Below are positions 55,344-64,000 of a stretch of 64,000 bases of DNA, in pieces. The stretch covers positions 896,001 to 960,000 of the forward strand of contig CAVXGR010000018.1 of NCBI GenBank assembly GCA_963761335.1. The letters run 5' to 3'. Source of the stretch: an uncultured delta proteobacterium (GTDB lineage Bacteria; Desulfobacterota; Binatia; HRBIN30; BPIQ01). The notes beneath the pieces were generated by a model. It ran no database searches. It saw nothing but the letters and a program-made list of their open reading frames with translations, and was not told the DNA's origin. Made by a program: the position numbers and the translations under genes. Each line of letters opens with the position of its first letter. Position 1 is the first letter of the stretch.

Positions 55344-55748
55344 TTGCGGAAACACTCAGCGACTCTGCGCAGCATCGTCGAGATCATCGTCCCCGACTAC
55401 CCGCGGCTCGACAGTGCCCAGCGCGCTGCCGTCGTCGACGACGTCACCCGCTATGTCTCCACGCAGATCGATTCGATGCCGGGATTTCTGCGCCTGCCGT
55501 ACGAGCTGGCGCTGCTCTCCTTCGAGGCGTTGCCGGTGCTGCGCCACGGGCGTCTGTTCCACCGCTTGTCGCCGGCCGCCCGGGCGTCGGTTCTGGCGAG
55601 GTGGAGCGATGCGTCTCTCTTGGCGCGTCGCAACTTCGTCAAGCTGATTCGCAGCACGGCCCTGCTCGCCTACTTCGACCATCCGCTGGTCGCCCGACAG
55701 CTCGAAGAGGGCGCAACGGTGGCGCCGCAGAAGGCCGCGAATGAGTGA
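55344..55748 (+). CDS. Small helical partner of the GMC oxidoreductase (gluconate 2-dehydrogenase subunit 3-like)
   Basis: F..LS...R...L..W.......R......LR.....AYF pattern; overlaps the GMC gene start; TTG 55344 follows TTGCCG-18 bp-TATAAG (ORF track start 55257). Confidence 0.65.
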   Translation: MRKHSATLRSIVEIIVPDYPRLDSAQRAAVVDDVTRYVSTQIDSMPGFLRLPYELALLSFEALPVLRHGRLFHRLSPAARASVLARWSDASLLARRNFVKLIRSTALLAYFDHPLVARQLEEGATVAPQKAANE

Positions 55749-58320
55749 CGGCCGGGCGGCGGAGGTGGGTGCCCTACCGCCGGTACCCGCCCGCGCACAA
55801 GTGCTGATCATCGGCTCCGGCGCTGGCGGGGCGGCGACCGCGGCGGCGCTGGCGGCTCGCGGTCACGAGGTGGTCGTGCTCGAGGAGGGTCCGGATGTCG
55901 ATACCAGCGGAATCGCCACCAACTCCCCCGCGGCGATTGCCCAGCTCTATCGACACGGCGGATTGACGCCGATCCTCGGCAAGCAGACGATCGCCTATGT
56001 CGAGGGGCGCTGCGTCGGCGGCTCCACCGAGGTGAACAGCGCCTTCTGGCATCGATTGCCCGCGGACTGCTATGCGCGCTGGCGGGCCGAGGCGCTGCTG
56101 GCCGACTGCTCGCCGGAGATCATGGAGCCGTACTTCGAGCTCCTCGAGCGCGAGCTCTCGGTGTCGCGCTTGAATCCCGGTGAACGGCCGCGCAGCTCGG
56201 AGGTTTTTCGCGAGGGCATCGAGCGCCTCGGCTGGCGGTACGCCGAGGTGCCGCGTTGTCAGAAAGGCGGCGCCAGCCCGTTCGCGGCCGGCAACAAGCA
56301 GTCCATGCAGCGGACGTTCATCCCCAAGGCGCGGGCCGCGGGCGCCCAGGTGGTGCCCGAGTGCCGGGCGCTGCGGCTGCTGCACGAGGACGGGCGCGTC
56401 AGCGGCGTGCTGGTGGAGCAGGGGAGCAACGGCTCTCGGCGCCGCGCCGTGGTGCACGCCGACTCCGTGTTCGTGTGCTGCGGCGCGGTGCAGAGCGCCG
56501 CGCTCCTGCGGCGCAGCGGCATCACCAGGAACGTCGGCGACAACCTGTGCATTCATCCGATGATCAAGGCCGCCGCCGTCTTCGAGGAGGAGATCAACGC
56601 GCACCGCGCCGCGCTGCCGGTGTACCAGGTGAAGGAGTTCTGGCCCAACATCTCCATCGGCGGCTCGGTGTTCACTCCTGGCTTCCTGGCGATGCACCTC
56701 GCCGACACGTGGACGGAGAACCAGGAGGTGATGCGCGACTGGCGCCGCATGGGCCTGTACTACGCGGCGACCCGCGGCATGTCTCGGGGGACGATTCGCG
56801 CCCTGCCGGGATCCGCTGATAATGTCGTCGTCCGCTACCGGATCACCGAGGCCGATCGGCGCAACATCAGCAGCGGGCTGGCGAGCCTCGGGGAGATCCT
56901 CTTTGCCGCCGGTGCGCGGGCCGTCTATCCCTCACTGCGCTCGCCGGCGGTGCTCACCTCGGCGGCGGAGTGCCGCCGCCTGGCGCGAGAGCCGATCCCC
57001 ATCGAAGCCATGGCGCTGTCGACGGTGCACGCCTTCAGCAGCTGCCCGATGGGCGAGAACCCGGATCTCTGCGCCGCCGATTCGTTCGGCAGGGTGATCG
57101 GCTTTGACAATCTCCACCTGAACGACGCCAGCCTGATTCCCGACTCGCCCGGGGTCAACCCGCAGGGAACGATCATGGCGATCGCGCTGCGCAACGCGGA
57201 TCACTTCGATGCGGAACGGCGCAGTCGCTCCCGCGGAAGGATCCATGTGCTGGCGCGCCCGGCGGCACCGCCGTCGATCCTGGTCACCGGCGCACCGGGA
57301 TGGCTCGGCAGCCGACTGCTGGAGGTGCTTCTGCACGGCCTGCCCGGATTGCCGGCGCTGGCGGCGCCGGACCCACAGCGGCGGATCCGCTGCCTGGTGC
57401 ATCCCGAGATCGATCCATCGTCGCTCCTGTCGCTGTCGCCGAACGTGGAGGTCGTCTCCGGCGATCTCACCGATCCCGCTGGGGCTCGCCCACTGTGTGC
57501 CGGTGCCTCGGGGGCAGTTCTCTTTCACGCCGCCGGCGTGGTTCATCCGCGGCGCGGCACCGGGGAGTTTGCCGCGGTGAACGCCGAGGGCACGCGGCGC
57601 CTGCTCGAGGCCGCAATCGGTGCCGGAGTGCGCCGCTTTGTCGCCGTTTCTTCCAACTCCCCCTTCGGCTTCAATCCCGATCGTCATCACCTCTTCGATG
57701 AGTCCTCGCCGTACGATCCCTACATGGGCTACGGGCGCTCCAAGCAGCAGATGGAGGCGCTCGTCCGAGAAGCGCAGTCCTCCGGTCGGATCGAAACGGT
57801 GATTCTCAGACCGCCGTGGTTCTACGGCCCGCACCAGCCGCGGCGACAGACGTTGTTCTTCGAGATGATCCGCGACGGGCGCTTTCCGATCCTCGGCGAC
57901 GGCGGCCAGCGCAGATCGATGGCCTATGTCGACAACGTCTGCCAGGGTCTGCTGTTGGCGGCCGCCACCGCGGGCGCCAGCGGCGAAACCTACTGGATTG
58001 CGGACGAGCGCCCGTACTCGATCGACGAGATCGTGCAAACCGTGCGCGGCGTTCTCGAGGAGGAGTTCGGCATCGCCTGCGCCAAGCGGCAGCTGCGCCT
58101 GCCGGCGTTCCTGAGCGAGGCGGCGCGTTTCGCCGACGGCGGCTTGCAGGCCGTCGGCCTCTACAATCAGAAGCTCCACGTGCTCGGCGAGATGAGCCAC
58201 AGCATCGCCTGCTCGATCGACAAGGCCAGGCGCGAGCTCGGCTACGCGCCCACCGTCGGGCTGCGTCCGGGCATGATCGAGTCGGTGCGCTGGTGTCTGG
58301 CCAACGGCCTGCGCCTGTGA
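55741..58320 (+). CDS. Fusion of GMC family FAD oxidoreductase and NAD-dependent epimerase/dehydratase (extended SDR)
   Basis: IIGSGAGG, GRCVGGSTEVN, VGDNL, GVNPQGTIMA; then LVTGAPGWLG, FHAAG, YGRSK, RPPWFYGP. Confidence 0.88.
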   Translation: MSDGRAAEVGALPPVPARAQVLIIGSGAGGAATAAALAARGHEVVVLEEGPDVDTSGIATNSPAAIAQLYRHGGLTPILGKQTIAYVEGRCVGGSTEVNSAFWHRLPADCYARWRAEALLADCSPEIMEPYFELLERELSVSRLNPGERPRSSEVFREGIERLGWRYAEVPRCQKGGASPFAAGNKQSMQRTFIPKARAAGAQVVPECRALRLLHEDGRVSGVLVEQGSNGSRRRAVVHADSVFVCCGAVQSAALLRRSGITRNVGDNLCIHPMIKAAAVFEEEINAHRAALPVYQVKEFWPNISIGGSVFTPGFLAMHLADTWTENQEVMRDWRRMGLYYAATRGMSRGTIRALPGSADNVVVRYRITEADRRNISSGLASLGEILFAAGARAVYPSLRSPAVLTSAAECRRLAREPIPIEAMALSTVHAFSSCPMGENPDLCAADSFGRVIGFDNLHLNDASLIPDSPGVNPQGTIMAIALRNADHFDAERRSRSRGRIHVLARPAAPPSILVTGAPGWLGSRLLEVLLHGLPGLPALAAPDPQRRIRCLVHPEIDPSSLLSLSPNVEVVSGDLTDPAGARPLCAGASGAVLFHAAGVVHPRRGTGEFAAVNAEGTRRLLEAAIGAGVRRFVAVSSNSPFGFNPDRHHLFDESSPYDPYMGYGRSKQQMEALVREAQSSGRIETVILRPPWFYGPHQPRRQTLFFEMIRDGRFPILGDGGQRRSMAYVDNVCQGLLLAAATAGASGETYWIADERPYSIDEIVQTVRGVLEEEFGIACAKRQLRLPAFLSEAARFADGGLQAVGLYNQKLHVLGEMSHSIACSIDKARRELGYAPTVGLRPGMIESVRWCLANGLRL

Positions 58321-58349
58321 CCGTGGACGGAGCTGGGACGGCGGGGCGA

Positions 58350-59387
58350 ATGGCGACGGGCGCGGTAATCACCGGGGGATCGGGCTATTTTGGCTGCGTG
58401 CTGCGCGATCGCCTGCGCGCCGCTGGCACCGCGGTCCGCGTCTTCGATCTCATCGATGCGGACGACCGGCCCGCGGACGTCGCTTTCACTCGGGGCGACA
58501 TTCGCGATCTCGATTCCCTTCGCCGTGCCTGTGAGGGCGCCGACGTCGTCTACCACAACGTCGCGCAGGTACCGCTGGCCCGGGACGGCGCGCTGTTCCG
58601 CTCCGTCAACGTCCAGGGGACGGCGACCCTTCTGGAGGCCGCGCGCGCGGCGCGCGTCCGCAAGCTCGTGCACACGTCCTCGAGCGCCGTCTTCGGCATC
58701 CCCGAGAAGAACCCGGTCGACGACAGCGTGCAGCCGCGCCCGGGCGAGGCGTATGGCGCGGCCAAGCTCGAGGCCGAGCGTCTCGTCGAGGCGGCGGTAC
58801 GGCGACACGGGCTCGACGTGACCATCATCCGGCCGCGGACGATTCTCGGCCACGGGCGCCTCGGAATCTTCCAGATCCTCTTCGACTGGGTGGAGGAGGG
58901 ACGGCGCATTCCGGTCCTCGGCGGCGGCGACAACCTCTACCAGTTCGTTCACGCCGACGATCTCGCCGAGGCGTGCGTGCGCGCCGCAGCCCGTCCGGGT
59001 CCGTCGGTGTACAACGTCGGCGCCGAACGCTTCGGCACGATGCGGCAGGCTCTCGAGGCGCTGTGTGCCCATGCGGGCACCGGCAGCGCCGTCTACTCGC
59101 TGCCGATGGGTGTGGCGGTAGCGGCGATGAAGCTGACCAGCGCCCTGCGGTTGTCGCCGCTCGGTGCCTACCACGCCCTCATGTACGGCCGCAGTCTCTA
59201 TTTCGACATCTCTCGCCCGCGCCGCGAGCTCGGCTGGCGGCCGCGCTGGTCGAACGAGGAGATGATCTGCGAGTCGTACGATTGGTACCTCGCCCACAAA
59301 GAGGAGGTGTTGCGCCAGTCCGGCGGCTCCGCGCACCGCTCCCCGGTCAAGCAGGGGATACTCAAGCTGGTGAAGCAGCTGTCCTGA
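58350..59387 (+). CDS. NAD-dependent epimerase/dehydratase (3-beta-HSD-like extended SDR)
   Basis: ITGGSGYFG, GDIRD, TSSSAVFG, YGAAK, IIRPRTILG; alternative GTG start 58317 overlaps the upstream stop. Confidence 0.9.
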   Translation: MATGAVITGGSGYFGCVLRDRLRAAGTAVRVFDLIDADDRPADVAFTRGDIRDLDSLRRACEGADVVYHNVAQVPLARDGALFRSVNVQGTATLLEAARAARVRKLVHTSSSAVFGIPEKNPVDDSVQPRPGEAYGAAKLEAERLVEAAVRRHGLDVTIIRPRTILGHGRLGIFQILFDWVEEGRRIPVLGGGDNLYQFVHADDLAEACVRAAARPGPSVYNVGAERFGTMRQALEALCAHAGTGSAVYSLPMGVAVAAMKLTSALRLSPLGAYHALMYGRSLYFDISRPRRELGWRPRWSNEEMICESYDWYLAHKEEVLRQSGGSAHRSPVKQGILKLVKQLS

Positions 59388-59484
59388 GCGGCGCGGCGTT
59401 GCTTTACTGCATCGCCGCAGTTGACTTCGGGCAGCGTCGGGCCCGGCGGGATGGCTGTGGCGCGCCGGGGTGGATCACGCCGCT

Positions 59485-59501
59485 CTGGCACGCCGTGTGC
59501 G
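59485..59501 (+). promoter_or_regulatory. Putative sigma54 (-24/-12) promoter
   Basis: CTGGCACGCCGTGTGCG with exact GG-N10-GC spacing, followed by AAGGAGG RBS and ATG 59530. Confidence 0.55.
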
Positions 59502-59529
59502 TTGCGTGAAGGGCAAGGAGGTACCGAAG

Positions 59530-59724
59530 ATGATCCCCGCTGCCCTGACGATCCCCGCATCCATTCCCGCGCCCTTCGGCGTCGTGCCGACGCTCGATCC
59601 CTCGATGGGACTCGTCGCCGGAATTGTCGCGGCGCTGTTCGTCGGCATCGCCGCCGTCGGGCTGTTGCGCGCCGTTCTCCGCCAGCCGCGGGTCGCTACC
59701 CGGCGAGCCGAGTCGTGGGTGTAG
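59530..59724 (+). CDS. Small single-TM membrane protein (64 aa)
   Basis: Strong AAGGAGG RBS; TM GLVAGIVAALFVGIAAVGLL followed by a basic tail. Confidence 0.65.
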   Translation: MIPAALTIPASIPAPFGVVPTLDPSMGLVAGIVAALFVGIAAVGLLRAVLRQPRVATRRAESWV

Positions 59725-59726
59725 CC

Positions 59727-59754
59727 AGAGGGGCCGCCGTGCGCGGCCCCCTCT
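59727..59754. terminator. GC-rich hairpin between convergent genes
   Basis: AGAGGGGCCGC-CGTGC-GCGGCCCCCTCT, directly after the stop at 59724; no U-tract. Confidence 0.45.
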
Positions 59755-59776
59755 CGCCGCCGTGCGAGCCGAGGCC

Positions 59777-60235
59777 CTACTTCTTGGCGGCGCCGCGCGG
59801 CCGCAGGTCCAGATCGGGCGGCGGCGCTGCCGGCAGCTTCCAGACGATGTAGGGCTTCTCCTTCAGCTCGTGGAAGGCGTTAGCCGCCTCGATCGATTTG
59901 TTGAAGGCCGTCTCGAAGGCGGCGAAGTCCTGGCTCTCGATGGCGTCGGCGATCGGTTTCCAGTTCTCCTCGAGGAACTGGTTCAGAGCGTCCTCGTGCT
60001 TGGGACGGGTGAAGGCGCCGAGTTCCATCAGGCCCTTGATCTCCTTGTACTGGAACTTCGCCATCGTCCAGTTGTGCTCCTTGGCGGCGTAATAGAGCTT
60101 CCAGGTGCGCGCCCCGATCTCCGGCATGATGCGACCCAGCCCGGGCTGGATGGTCACCAGGTCCTCGATGGTCATCTCGCGGTGGCCGCCCCAGAACGTC
60201 AGTCCCTTTATCTTTTCGTCGATTTTCTCGTCCAT
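59777..60235 (-). CDS. Hypothetical four-helix protein, cytochrome c'-like but lacking CxxCH
   Basis: PGLGRIM...KLYYA...NW..A.F...E...AI...D...F...F.....ANAFH....PYI; GGAGG RBS. Confidence 0.7.
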   Translation of the reverse strand: MDEKIDEKIKGLTFWGGHREMTIEDLVTIQPGLGRIMPEIGARTWKLYYAAKEHNWTMAKFQYKEIKGLMELGAFTRPKHEDALNQFLEENWKPIADAIESQDFAAFETAFNKSIEAANAFHELKEKPYIVWKLPAAPPPDLDLRPRGAAKK

Positions 60236-60397
60236 CAGGAATCCTCCACTTTCTGCTGAGATGCGCTTCGCCTGAGGTGAGCGCGCGGCGATTGCTTATC
60301 GAAAGCCGAGCGGTCCAGTCAAGGCGGCTGGCACACAACAGGCGGCCAGCACGCAGCGCTTGTTCCATCCCCAGGGCTCGTGTACACCTCGCCCTCG

Positions 60398-61123
60398 ATG
60401 GTGGGACGGGTTCGGTGGATGGCTCTGCTGGCGGCGCTGGTGATGGTGCCGGCAGGGGGAGCGGCGCGGGCGAGCACGGCAGTGGCGATGAGCCTCGCGC
60501 AGATGGTGGACGAGGCGGACTTCGCCTTCATCGCCAACGTGTCCGACATCCGTGCCCGCTGGGTGGACCCGGAGCGCTCGACGATCGAGACCCTGGTGTT
60601 CTTTGCGGACGCCGCGCCCCGCTTCGGAATCAGCGGCAACCAGGTGGTGCTGCGTTTCGGGGGCGGTCGCATCGGCGGCCAAGAGGACGCCGTCGCCGGC
60701 ATCCCCCAGTTCCGGGTCGGCGAGGAGATGCTGATCCTCGGCAAGAGAGGCTACTCCGTGAGCCCCATCGTCGGCTTCAACCAGGGGTACTTCCGCATCG
60801 TGAAGACGCCGGCGGCGGCGATCGCGGTGAACGCCGAGGGGCGACCTCTGGTGGCGCGCTCGAGCGGCGAGGTGGAGATCGGGGCCGTGGGCGAGCAACC
60901 GGCGCCTTTCAACGTCATCACCGAATACCTCGCCAGGCACTTCCAGGCCCGTCCCGAGGAGATCACCCCGGGGGCCTGGCCGGAGCGCGGTGCCGCGAGC
61001 CCGGAGACGGCGCCGCCGCCGAGGGCCAGCGGCTGCCTGTTCTCGCGCTCGGCCTCGAGCGCCGGCCTCGCCTGGGCCTTCGCTTTTGCCGGCGCCCTGG
61101 TGAACTTGCGTCGCCGCAGCTGA
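60398..61123 (+). CDS. Secreted protein with MYXO-CTERM-like C-terminal sorting signal
   Basis: Signal peptide (ARA-ST), MSLAQMVDEAD...GG.IG...GIPQFRVGEE domain, C-terminal SGC + TM + RRRS. Confidence 0.72.
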   Translation: MVGRVRWMALLAALVMVPAGGAARASTAVAMSLAQMVDEADFAFIANVSDIRARWVDPERSTIETLVFFADAAPRFGISGNQVVLRFGGGRIGGQEDAVAGIPQFRVGEEMLILGKRGYSVSPIVGFNQGYFRIVKTPAAAIAVNAEGRPLVARSSGEVEIGAVGEQPAPFNVITEYLARHFQARPEEITPGAWPERGAASPETAPPPRASGCLFSRSASSAGLAWAFAFAGALVNLRRRS

Positions 61124-61172
61124 GCGGCCGGAGACCCGCCGCCGTCGCACCCCGAGCCGCCAGGGCGCCAGA

Positions 61173-61212
61173 ACGCAGAGACGCAAAGACGCAAAGACGC
61201 AAAGACGCAAAG
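61173..61212 (+). repeat. Octamer tandem repeat (ACGCAAAG)x5
   Basis: One imperfect (ACGCAGAG) and four perfect copies. Confidence 0.9.
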
Positions 61213-61298
61213 AAGGGCTTCTGCTCCCTGGGGCATGCCGTTTTTCCGGCGCCAAATGCCGGGAGTCAGGCAACCGCTCAATCAACTCCGCACACCCC

Positions 61299-61358
61299 CA
61301 ACACCTCAACACCCAACACCTCAACACCCAACACCCAACACCCAACACCTCAACACCT
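61299..61358 (+). repeat. 7/8-mer tandem repeat CAACACC(T) x8
   Basis: caacacct caacacc caacacct caacacc caacacc caacacc caacacct caacacct. Confidence 0.9.
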
Positions 61359-61482
61359 CACCTCGCCCGCATCGCAGCGTTGCCACAATCCCGTACGCTC
61401 GGAGGCGAAAGGCGCCGTTCGCCAGAGGGGTTTGTATGCGATCGTGGCTGGCCGAAATCTTGCTGCGCCCTCGTGCGGAGCT

Positions 61483-61992
61483 ATGATCTACTCGAAGCTG
61501 AAGTGGGGCTTGCTGGTCGCTGGCGCGCTTGCCATGTGGCGCCCGGGGGTCTCGCTGCTGCGCACTCCGGAGTACGAGGTGCTGTACAGCCCGGATCCCC
61601 CCGCGAGCGTCTGTGCCGACAAGCACTGCTGGGCACTCTACAGTCTGGAGATCGGCAACACCGGCTTGAAGCCGCAGCGGGAAGTGGCGGTGCGGCTGCG
61701 CCGCGAGTTCGTGGCGCGCGCCGTCACGCCGCCGCGGGCCCGCAGCTTCGGGAAGATCGACCGGCCCGTGGGCATCACCGAGGCCCAGGGAGAGACGCGC
61801 TACAGCATCGCGCGCGTCGCCCCGGGCAAGCGTATCTCGTTGAGCTTCACGCTGCCGATCGATCGCGGCAGTGCGCCGCCATGGGACGACATCCTCGTCG
61901 GAGTCGAGGCGACCGACGGCAGGGTGCTGCGCGGCGATCCCGCCACGACCTCGCTCGGCCGCATGCTCTACGCCCTGTCGGGGCGCTTCTGA
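61483..61992 (+). CDS. Hypothetical membrane-anchored protein with Ig-like beta domain
   Basis: N-terminal hydrophobic stretch, YSLEIGNTG...V.V...ARVAPG....LSF resembling CARDB/Ig-like folds. Confidence 0.6.
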   Translation: MIYSKLKWGLLVAGALAMWRPGVSLLRTPEYEVLYSPDPPASVCADKHCWALYSLEIGNTGLKPQREVAVRLRREFVARAVTPPRARSFGKIDRPVGITEAQGETRYSIARVAPGKRISLSFTLPIDRGSAPPWDDILVGVEATDGRVLRGDPATTSLGRMLYALSGRF

Positions 61993-62027
61993 AGGCAGAT
62001 GCGGCCCGGCTGGCCGCGCTCCCAGGG

Positions 62028-62900
62028 TCAGGCGCCGGCTTCGTCCAGGAACTCGATGAGCGCCTGGGCGAGAGCCGTTGGGTTCTCCAGATGCGGGTGG
62101 TGGGCGGCGCCGGCGATGGTGACGCGGCGGGCGCGGAGTGCGGCGAGTCGAGGTTGGAGATCTTCCTCCGCCAGGCGCAGCGGGCTGTCGCTGCCTTCGA
62201 CGTAGAGCACCGGGCAGCGCACCCGTTCCCAGAAGGCGCGCGCCTGGGCCAGATAATACGGCTGTGGTGCGATGGTCTGGTGCAGCGGATCGAAGCGCCA
62301 GACGCGGTGTCCGCCCTCGGGGCGGGTTCCGTGTCGCGCCATGTGCGCCGCCACCTCGGCCGAGAATCGAGGGAAGCGCCGGCGCAGGCGCTGGGCGGCC
62401 TCCTCGAGGGTCATGGCCGGCGGCTGCCTGCGAGCCGCGCGCTCCAGGTCGCCGACCCAGGAGGCGAAGCGCGCCGGGGCGGAAGCGGGGTCGCTGTCCG
62501 GAAGCCCCAGCCCCTCGATCGAGACCAGGGCGCTGAGGCGCTCGGGCTCGGTGCCGGCGTATTGCACCGCGGCACCGCCGCCCATCGAGTGTCCGACGAT
62601 GGCGGCGCGCCCGCCGAGGGCGCGCCGCACGAAGGCGAGATCGGCGGTGTAGTCGGGAAAATGGTAGTAGCCGCCGGAGCCGATCCACTGCGACTCGCCG
62701 TGGCCGCGCCAGTCGAGGGCGAAGACGTGCAGGCCGGCATCGGCCAGCAGCGGCGCCACCCAGTCCCAGACATGGGCGTGCTCGAGAAATCCGTGCAGCA
62801 GGAGGACAATCCGCTCGCCGGCCCCCCACTCGAGGAGATGCTGCCGGAGCCGGTTGGCGTCGATGAAGAGGTCGCGAGGCGGGGGCATTGAGCGCCTCAT
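62028..62900 (-). CDS. Alpha/beta fold hydrolase
   Basis: LLHGF, DWRGHGES, GHSMGG nucleophile elbow, AAHHPHLE; start 62900 or 62888. Confidence 0.92.
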   Translation of the reverse strand: MRRSMPPPRDLFIDANRLRQHLLEWGAGERIVLLLHGFLEHAHVWDWVAPLLADAGLHVFALDWRGHGESQWIGSGGYYHFPDYTADLAFVRRALGGRAAIVGHSMGGGAAVQYAGTEPERLSALVSIEGLGLPDSDPASAPARFASWVGDLERAARRQPPAMTLEEAAQRLRRRFPRFSAEVAAHMARHGTRPEGGHRVWRFDPLHQTIAPQPYYLAQARAFWERVRCPVLYVEGSDSPLRLAEEDLQPRLAALRARRVTIAGAAHHPHLENPTALAQALIEFLDEAGA

Positions 62901-63040
62901 GCCACAGCGCCATCGTCGAAGCGACCGCCGACGGCCGCCGCCCCGCGGCGGTGGCAACTGCCGCGGAGATACCCCCTCTGTTGAGTTTGGTACGCGAATC
63001 GGGTTCATTGGTTGGCATACGGAACACGTCAGGAGGGTCA

Positions 63041-63967
63041 ATGGCTCTGAGTCCCGAAACCAGACAGCGCATCGCTTCGCTGATCGAGAGTGGCGACGTC
63101 GTGCTTTTCATGAAGGGCAATCGCCTCATGCCCCAGTGCGGCTTCTCGCAGCGGGTGGTGCAGCTTCTCGATCAGCTGCTGCCCGATTACACCACCGTGG
63201 ACGTACTCGAGGATCAGGAGGTCCGCGAGGGCGTGAAGGAGTACTCGTCCTGGCCGACCATTCCGCAGCTCTACATCCACGGCGAGCTGATCGGCGGCAG
63301 CGACATCGTCACGGAGATGTTCTCCAGCGGCGAGCTGCACGAGAAGCTCGGTCTCCAGGTCCCCGAGGCGACGCCGCCGGCGATTACCATCTCCGATGCG
63401 GCCGCCGCCAAGATCCGCGAGTACGCGGAGCGCGCCCCAGGTAAGGAGCTGCATCTGAGCGTCGACGCCCGCTTCCAGAGCTCGCTCGGGCTGGCGCCGC
63501 GCCAGGACGGGGAGATCGAGGTGCGGGCGAACGGCATCACGGTGCTGATGGATCCGCTCACGGCGCAGCGCGCCAACGGCCTCTCCATCGACCTGGTGGA
63601 TACCGGCACCGGACACTCGTTCCGGGTGGAGAATCCCAACTCCGGCGCCACCGTGAAGGAGCTGACGCCGCCGCAGCTGAAGAAGCTCCTGGAGGAAGGG
63701 GCGCGGCTGGAGCTCTTCGACGTGCGCACGCCGGAGGAGCGCGCCACGGCCCGCATCGAGGCCGCCCGCTTCTTCGATGCGGGGGCGCAGTCCTTCATCG
63801 AGAGCTTGCCGAAGGATACCATGCTGGTCTTCCACTGCCACCACGGCGGTCGCAGCCAGCAGGCGGCGGAGCACTTCTGCTCGCGCGGCTTCACCAATGT
63901 GCACAACCTGGTCGGCGGCATCGACGCCTGGTCGCTGCAGGTGGATCCCGGCGTGACTCGCTACTAG
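63041..63967 (+). CDS. grxD: Monothiol glutaredoxin (Grx4) fused to HesB/IscA-like and rhodanese domains
   Basis: LFMKG, PQCGFS, WPTIPQLY, GGSD; ITISDAAAAKI...F.VENPN; DVRTPEE, CHHGGRS, NLVGGIDAW; AGGAGG RBS. Confidence 0.9.
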   Translation: MALSPETRQRIASLIESGDVVLFMKGNRLMPQCGFSQRVVQLLDQLLPDYTTVDVLEDQEVREGVKEYSSWPTIPQLYIHGELIGGSDIVTEMFSSGELHEKLGLQVPEATPPAITISDAAAAKIREYAERAPGKELHLSVDARFQSSLGLAPRQDGEIEVRANGITVLMDPLTAQRANGLSIDLVDTGTGHSFRVENPNSGATVKELTPPQLKKLLEEGARLELFDVRTPEERATARIEAARFFDAGAQSFIESLPKDTMLVFHCHHGGRSQQAAEHFCSRGFTNVHNLVGGIDAWSLQVDPGVTRY

Positions 63968-64000
63968 GCATGGAGCGGACGAGCCTCCAGACTTCCGAGC

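Noticed and set aside
60329..60343. Second sigma54-like motif TGGCACACAACAGGC
   Set aside because: GG-N10-GC spacing fits, but the -12 element lacks TTGC/TGC; too weak to call

Overview
High-GC bacterial chromosomal window, densely coding, with about 55 genes. The gene style suggests a Binatia/Myxococcota-like deltaproteobacterium (inference only). I found no rRNA, tRNA, CRISPR array, transposase or prophage. 1-31.3 kb is mostly housekeeping and lipid metabolism: acyl-CoA dehydrogenase, glmS, def, enoyl-CoA hydratase, thiolase/DUF35, metF and two GAF histidine kinases. It also holds a flippase/AMP-ligase/ACP/PLP-decarboxylase/sulfotransferase locus with a probable G7 frameshift, and an apparently circularly permuted nucleotide-pyrophosphatase-family enzyme. 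31.4-39.4 kb is a GH2-GT2/ABC/glycosyltransferase operon. At 39.7-40.7 kb lies a ~15-copy 66-bp palindromic GTAG-REP-like tandem array. The best candidate for an undescribed system follows at 40.8-54.2 kb. It has five HxsC-like radical SAM domains in four genes, including a 2xHxsD-like/radical SAM/[2Fe-2S] ferredoxin fusion and a tandem double radical SAM. It also has a TPR protein and GT-C-like polytopic membrane proteins, but no recognisable His-Xaa-Ser precursor or HxsB. The right end carries oxidoreductases (AKR, GMC-SDR fusion, SDR), a cysteine-less cytochrome c'-like protein, a MYXO-CTERM-like surface protein, microsatellites and a Grx4-HesB-rhodanese fusion. All calls come from motif recognition by eye; no searches were run.
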